Origin: an uncultured Planctomycetota bacterium | Lineage (GTDB): Bacteria > Planctomycetota > Planctomycetia > Isosphaerales > Isosphaeraceae | DNA: 64,000 bases | Assembly (NCBI GenBank): GCA_963823665.1 | Contig: CAWGMQ010000002.1 | Location: forward strand, 221,753 to 285,752 | Reading direction: 5' to 3' | Shown: positions 59,255 to 64,000 of the stretch, piece after piece | Layout of the letters: each line of letters opens with the position of its first letter | Numbering within the stretch: position 1 is the stretch's first letter | Program-made: the position numbers and the translations under genes | The notes under the pieces: generated by a model | What the model was told of the DNA's origin: nothing | Databases searched by the model: none | Seen by the model: only the letters and a program-made list of their open reading frames with translations

Positions 59255-60193
59255 TCAGCCCTCGTCGTGTCTGCGGTTATCGGCCAGGACCGTGTTTTCT
59301 GCATGCGCACGAACAACTGCGGTTCCCCATCGCCGCCCCGAGATGATTTGATAGCGCACCGGCCGTCGCATGAGCCACAAAACCCCGAGCAGGTCAATCA
59401 ACACAGATAGTGAACGATTCCAGAGATTGTAGTGTGTGCGACCGCTTGTGCGAGGCCGGTGGTTAACCGGTATCTGGATCAGCTTGCAACCCTGGCGCAA
59501 CAACAAGGGACCAATGAAGCGGTGCACTCCGCGGAATAGCGGCAGCCGCAGAGCGGCCACACGGGAAAAGATCCGAACCGAGCATCCCGTATCCCGAATC
59601 GATTGTCCGAGCACCACGTTTCGGACCCAGTTTGCCCCGATGCTGATCAGGCGTTTGGATCGAACATCGTGCCGGATTATCCGCCAACCGAGCGCAGCAT
59701 CGTGGCCGGGCAGGGCATTCCACAGACGAATGAGATCCGCCGGGTCGTTCTGCAGGTCAGCATCCAGCGTGGCAATCCAATCCCCTCGGGCAGCAAGAAT
59801 GCCTGCTGCGGTTGCGGCCGACTGGCCCGCCGTCGCGGCCAGAGTCAGCCAGCATAGCTCAGGATAGGAGCCACTCAGTTGCAGCAGAATTTGCTCGGTT
59901 TCGTCGGTTGAACCGTCATCAACGAGCACGATCTCGAATTCTCCCAATCCAGAAGCAGCGCATTGACACACAGGCCGCAGAGCTCGGGCAATCTCCTCGA
60001 CGAGCTGCGGAAGGCTGGGAGCCTCGTTCTTCGCCGCCACCACAACGGACAAAAACGACCCCTCGAGTCGAGCGGCTTTCAGTTCTGTAAGTCGATCTTC
60101 CCATGCAGCGTGCGCAGCGTCGCCGCGCCGAATTCGGTGCCAAGACCCGAGCGGCTGGGCGTGCTGGGGTGGATCGTATCGCCGGGTGGACAT
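59255..60193 (-). CDS. Glycosyltransferase family 2 (polyprenol-phosphate, ArnC/DPM-like)
   Basis: LSVVV.AKNE, VDDGSTD, GQSAA, TLDADLQNDP, DTGC, HRF and VNHRPR. Confidence 0.92.
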   Translation of the reverse strand: MSTRRYDPPQHAQPLGSWHRIRRGDAAHAAWEDRLTELKAARLEGSFLSVVVAAKNEAPSLPQLVEEIARALRPVCQCAASGLGEFEIVLVDDGSTDETEQILLQLSGSYPELCWLTLAATAGQSAATAAGILAARGDWIATLDADLQNDPADLIRLWNALPGHDAALGWRIIRHDVRSKRLISIGANWVRNVVLGQSIRDTGCSVRIFSRVAALRLPLFRGVHRFIGPLLLRQGCKLIQIPVNHRPRTSGRTHYNLWNRSLSVLIDLLGVLWLMRRPVRYQIISGRRWGTAVVRAHAENTVLADNRRHDEG

Positions 60194-60473
60194 AGGGTCT
60201 CCTGGCTCCGTCCGGACCGCTGGATCTCACGAACGATCTGACCGATCAATCAAAAGCAAGAAATGAGACGCACATTTTGCCCGGATCCGCAGCCCCGTCC
60301 ATCCCAAAACCCAGTTACTAAAGACGGTAGACCCGGCTGCCTGTCGAGAACTGTAACCGCGGGAAAACGATCCGTTAAAACCCGCTGGACGAGTTCCAGC
60401 ATCTTTGCTAGCCTGCCCAACCTCAACTCCGGTTTACTTCCTCAAGACCGCTCTGGACAAGGATGTCCCTGGC

Positions 60474-62036
60474 ATGCGTGTGACTGCAAACAAGGATGTA
60501 CCCGCCACGCTCGTTTTTCCGGATCGAGACCTCGGTTCGCGCGTTGTTGCGATGGATCCGACTCGGCTCAGTCCGAGCACGTTCAGCCGATCGATTTATG
60601 GTGACCCCGTTGCCGAGATAGACGACCTCTTGCAGAGCATCCGGGACCATGGAATTCTCGTTCCACTCGTCATCGCGCGCAGAACGGATGCTGAAGCCTG
60701 GCAGGTTATCTCCGGACACCGGCGTTTGGCCTGCGCCCTTGCTCTGAACCTCAGAACTGTTCCATGCGAGATTCGCATCTTTTCGGGTGAGCCGTCACGT
60801 CACCTCGCGGTCTTGGAATATAACCGTCAGCGACAAAAGAACTTCAGTCAAATGATGCGCGAAGCTGATGCGCTCGAGGAGATATGGACAATCCGGGCAA
60901 AATCACGTCGGCTAGCGAATTTGCGAAGACGTCAATTTGAACAGCCGGATAGTCCAACGCTCGCCGATGGTCGTAATTCCGACGATCGGTCGGTTTCGGA
61001 TGAGTCGCATCCCTCCGGCCACAATCAGCCGGTTTCGGATGAGTGGCATGCCTTTGGCCACGATCGGAGCATTGGAGAGTCAACGGACGAAGGGCGCACG
61101 GATCTCCGAGTAGCTCGCAGGATCGGGCTTGGCGGCAAGGACATCTATCGCCAGGCCCGCACGGTGTGGAAGTCAGCCCGGTCAGGTGATATTCGGGCTC
61201 AGAGTGGTGTCACCCAGCTCGATGCGGGCACGAAGACGATACACGCAGCCTACAAGGACCTGCGCCGGCGTGGCCGATTCAGCGCTGATTTTCGGCCGAC
61301 TCCATACGACATCTGGTCGTTCCGGCATGATCGGGCTTTCGGTGTTCCCCATGCGGGTTCGATTCCAGCCGCGATCGTTGCGCATGCCCTCTATTACTAC
61401 ACCCAACCTGGTGCGCTCGTCGTCGATCCGTTCGCCGGTGGTGGTACAACACTTGACGTTTGCCAATCGATGGGACGTCGTTGTCTGGCATATGACATCG
61501 AGCCCGTTCGGCCGGAAATCACCGCACATGACATACGCCATGGGTTTCCCGGCGAAGCGGCCCGCTGCGAGCTGATCTTCTGCGATCCTCCGTACCACAC
61601 CATGCTGGCTAGCCGATACTCGGCTGACGGGATCGCCGCTGCGCCACTATCAGACTGGATCCAGTTCCTCGACGAGCTAGCCCGGAACGCCTTTGCAACG
61701 CTTACCCCCGGCGGATACCTCGCATTGCTGCTCGGAGCACAAACCGAGAAGGATCTTCCGGCTGGATTCGGCTATCTCGATCACGCGTTTTTAGGCTACT
61801 CCGCAGCCCTTCGAGCAGGCTTTCAGCCAGAGCGACGAATCAGTTGCCCGATGCCCGGAGCGTATACCCCTCAGCAGGTGCGCCAAGCCCGCCGAGACGG
61901 ACGCTTACTTGGGCAGGTGCGTGACCTTATCGTTGCGAGAAAACCAACCCAGACCCGGGAATTCGATCTGTCGTTATTCTGTATGTGCAAAAACGGATTG
62001 CTTGCACTTGGGCAAACGGGGACAAGGTCATCATGA
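60474..62036 (+). CDS. ParB/Srx-like N-terminal domain fused to an amino-methyltransferase (N6A/N4C-type)
   Basis: SIRDHGILVPLVI...VISGHRRL; VVDPFAGGGTT (motif I) followed by IFCDPPY (motif IV). Start uncertain (60474 or 60552). Confidence 0.85.
   Translation: MRVTANKDVPATLVFPDRDLGSRVVAMDPTRLSPSTFSRSIYGDPVAEIDDLLQSIRDHGILVPLVIARRTDAEAWQVISGHRRLACALALNLRTVPCEIRIFSGEPSRHLAVLEYNRQRQKNFSQMMREADALEEIWTIRAKSRRLANLRRRQFEQPDSPTLADGRNSDDRSVSDESHPSGHNQPVSDEWHAFGHDRSIGESTDEGRTDLRVARRIGLGGKDIYRQARTVWKSARSGDIRAQSGVTQLDAGTKTIHAAYKDLRRRGRFSADFRPTPYDIWSFRHDRAFGVPHAGSIPAAIVAHALYYYTQPGALVVDPFAGGGTTLDVCQSMGRRCLAYDIEPVRPEITAHDIRHGFPGEAARCELIFCDPPYHTMLASRYSADGIAAAPLSDWIQFLDELARNAFATLTPGGYLALLLGAQTEKDLPAGFGYLDHAFLGYSAALRAGFQPERRISCPMPGAYTPQQVRQARRDGRLLGQVRDLIVARKPTQTREFDLSLFCMCKNGLLALGQTGTRSS
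60981..61067 (+). repeat. 39-bp imperfect tandem duplication in the ParB-MTase linker
   Basis: gacgatcggtcggtttcggatgagtcgcatccctccggc / cacaatcagccggtttcggatgagtggcatgcctttggc / cacgatcgg. Confidence 0.8.
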
Positions 62037-62129
62037 GATCATGCACCGCTGGATGGATTCAGGACCGTTCAACAATAAGGCCGGACGGACGGCAGACCGC
62101 AGGCAACAGCGTCTCGATTACGTCGTCTT

Positions 62130-63164
62130 TTAAGGCTCGCCACACGCTAGCTCATAGACTTTGACTCGCACGAATGGATTGGAGAGCGTCGGGTTGCGCT
62201 TGACGATGGGCAGAGGAAGTGCTTCAAGAGCCAGTTTTAGTAAGCGGCTAAGCTCGTCGGGATCAAGTCGATCAAGGACATAGTTGATTGCCGCTTGTTC
62301 ATCGGCTTGTTTGCGTGATTCCGTCGCCCGTTCCTCTTTAATCTCCAGGCTTTGAATTCGATTCTCCAGCTCGCGGCGCCGGATTTCGAGCCGGCTTGCC
62401 ACCTGCGGTAGCAACTCATATCCATCTTCGATACCGGCTCTGATGTATCCAGGACCGTTCTGAAGTTTGCCCTGGCTCTCGAGATAGAGCGCGTTTAACA
62501 ATACTTTGGCAACCGCTTCCGGGTCCTTTTGCGCGGTGAGCCGCGTGGCAAGGTTTTCAGGAATTCCCTGGTTCGTGAGGAGTTCCTGCAAATCAACAGC
62601 AACTTGCAGGCGCCCTTCAGCCGTTAGACGAAAAGGCGTTCCCGGAATCGGGATCGATGTTGTGTCCTGTTTCGATGCTTCTTCTTGTTTGGGCCTAGCT
62701 GTATGGCCAGTAAGGCCGAGGGCCTTGGCCGGAGCTGGGTCAGATTCTGGACCACCTCGCCAGCTTCCATCTAAAGAATCTAGACCACTTATAGGGCCAT
62801 CCTCTAAAGAAAATAGACCGGTTGGCGGGAGTTCTTTGGCGACTTTAGGGTTTCGATTTCGGGACTGGGAAGGCCGGCTGGGTGCTTGGCGGATGATGCG
62901 GTAGGCCGTGGAGCGGCCCTTGGACTTGTTGGTCGCGAGGATGCCCAGTTGGGTAAGTTGCGCGATAGCCGTGATCACGGTCTGGCGGCTCAGACCGGCC
63001 TGGGTAGCGATGGTGCGAATGCTGGGGTAGGCCCAGTCGGTTCCGAAGTCGGAGTAGAGGCCGATCACGAGATAGACCTTGATCGCCGAGCCTCCCAGGG
63101 TTTTGAAAGCTTCGGACCGAAGAAGGTCGTGCTCGACGCGGAAGAAATACGAACTGGAGGTCAT
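62130..63164 (-). CDS. Winged-helix (HTH_36-like) protein, probable replication initiator
   Basis: AIKVYL...WAYPSIRTIA...GLSRQTV..AI..L...G...Y, a low-complexity linker, and a C-terminal helical domain with KLQNGPGYIRAGIEDGY. Confidence 0.7.
   Translation of the reverse strand: MTSSSYFFRVEHDLLRSEAFKTLGGSAIKVYLVIGLYSDFGTDWAYPSIRTIATQAGLSRQTVITAIAQLTQLGILATNKSKGRSTAYRIIRQAPSRPSQSRNRNPKVAKELPPTGLFSLEDGPISGLDSLDGSWRGGPESDPAPAKALGLTGHTARPKQEEASKQDTTSIPIPGTPFRLTAEGRLQVAVDLQELLTNQGIPENLATRLTAQKDPEAVAKVLLNALYLESQGKLQNGPGYIRAGIEDGYELLPQVASRLEIRRRELENRIQSLEIKEERATESRKQADEQAAINYVLDRLDPDELSRLLKLALEALPLPIVKRNPTLSNPFVRVKVYELACGEP
62737..62819. repeat. Three 33-bp-spaced imperfect 17-bp repeats inside the wHTH gene (iteron-like)
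   Basis: GGGTCAGATTCTGGACC (62737), TCTAAAGAATCTAGACC (62770) and TCTAAAGAAAATAGACC (62803). Confidence 0.65.
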
Positions 63165-63246
63165 GGCAGTCCGTTACGTGGAGAGTGATCGGGAGGCGAA
63201 TTCCAGGTTTTCGTTTTGACCGCCGAACGCAAATCGCCGCTCTTGT

Positions 63247-63555
63247 TCATGCTGCGGGAGGGTCGGACACGTAGTAGGTTTTGACTTTGCCTCGCTGGCG
63301 GGTTGTGGAAACCACGAGACCGAGGTTTTCGAGCCGGGACAAGCTCTCGATGACGGTAGGGCACGAGAGCAAGGTGCGCTGCATGAGCAGTCTCAAGCTG
63401 ATCGTGACGCTACGGTCGGGAACACCACCGCAGGCCTCGATGATGGCCAGGTAGACTTTGATTGCGTCACCGGGGATCCGGGACAGGTATCCGCGGTCGA
63501 ACAGAACGGTTTTTACCCAGTCGTCCTGAGTGGGTTCGGGCCTGGCGACTGGCAT
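63247..63555 (-). CDS. Stand-alone winged-helix protein, paralogous to the N-domain of the downstream gene
   Basis: AIKVYLAI...TISLR.L...T.LSCPTVIESL..LE.LGLV...GKVKTYYV. Start uncertain; the ORF is open to 63756. Confidence 0.75.
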   Translation of the reverse strand: MPVARPEPTQDDWVKTVLFDRGYLSRIPGDAIKVYLAIIEACGGVPDRSVTISLRLLMQRTLLSCPTVIESLSRLENLGLVVSTTRQRGKVKTYYVSDPPAA

Positions 63556-63805
63556 ATTCGGGCGACCTATTTCAAGGGATTCACCAGCCTCGCAGTCGAG
63601 CTCGAGCCGTTTCGGCGTGCGGCAGAATGCCGACTGTTTCGCGAAGGTGTTTTGCTTGTGGGTGGCTCCTGGCCAACGCTTCGCCTCCTGGCGGTGTAGC
63701 TCACGATAGGATAGCTCAAACGACACCACGACATTATCGACGAGACCGAATCTCAACTCCAGAGCCGAGTGGTATGTGAAATCCGAGAAAATCTTGAGAG
63801 GGGTG

Positions 63806-63833
63806 TTGACCTCGGGATTTTTTGAGTTAGTAT
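63806..63833 (+). promoter_or_regulatory. Sigma70-like promoter, divergent from the wHTH genes
   Basis: TTGACC, 16 bp, TAGTAT in an AT-rich tract. Confidence 0.6.
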
Positions 63834-63839
63834 TGCAAT

Positions 63840-64000
63840 TGCCTCGCTAATAACCCAGCGCAAACGACGGCCGGCGTAACTTGCCGCAAGGTAAGGTTGC
63901 ACCGGCCGATGGTGTCGGTGGAAGAAGAGCGACGCAGAACCGCCTCCTACTGGCTGATCCAGCCATTCGTGCGAATCAATCTGAATGAAGCGGTTTTCGG
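63840..64000 (+). ncRNA. Structured RNA candidate (ncRNA or 5' leader), family not identified
   Basis: Long hairpin at 63868-63908 with a GCAA tetraloop and G-U pairs; further stems at 63938-63995; no ORF called here. Confidence 0.45.

Noticed and set aside
63868..63930. Resemblance of the hairpin to the P2 stem of a c-di-GMP-I riboswitch
   Set aside because: The GCAAA junction and tetraloop-receptor stem are not evident, so it is kept only as an unassigned structured RNA.
1..64000. CRISPR arrays, tRNA/rRNA genes, transposases, integrases and phage structural genes
   Set aside because: None were recognised by eye. A covariance-model scan would be needed to exclude small RNAs.

Overview
GC-rich bacterial DNA, most likely from a planctomycete. 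This is inferred from two DUF1501 genes, a DUF1549/DUF1553 cytochrome, a DUF1552-DUF1592 pair, a sulfatase, a BlaI-M56 pair and an LEPRQLLS-motif secreted protein; Isosphaerales is plausible but unproven. From left to right the window holds: a phosphodiesterase and a sulfatase; BlaI-BlaR1(M56) with a clear promoter and operator repeats; a DUF1553-acyltransferase-DUF1501 unit; YhaO/YhaN nuclease-ATPase; two ceramidase-like hydrolases around a DUF1080; two tandem ABC-2 permease paralogs with no ATPase; DUF1592-DUF1552; a FitA/VapC toxin-antitoxin pair; and a complete Wsp-like chemosensory operon. That operon is headed by an orphan UrtA/AmiC-type binding protein and a long-periplasmic-domain MCP, and ends in a WspR-type receiver fused to a PP2C/SpoIIE phosphatase instead of GGDEF. 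Next come secreted proteins, TetR-SRPBCC, an N-lobe-less Ser/Thr pseudokinase-TPR facing a zinc-ribbon kinase, trpC, and GT2 plus LAB_N. The right end is a candidate replication module: a ParB-methyltransferase fusion, a wHTH initiator-like gene with internal 33-bp-spaced repeats, a stand-alone paralogous wHTH, and a divergent promoter followed by a structured RNA-like segment. At least six genes carry small frameshifts and one has an in-frame TAG, which suggests consensus errors rather than true pseudogenes. All assignments come from motif recognition by eye; no searches were run.
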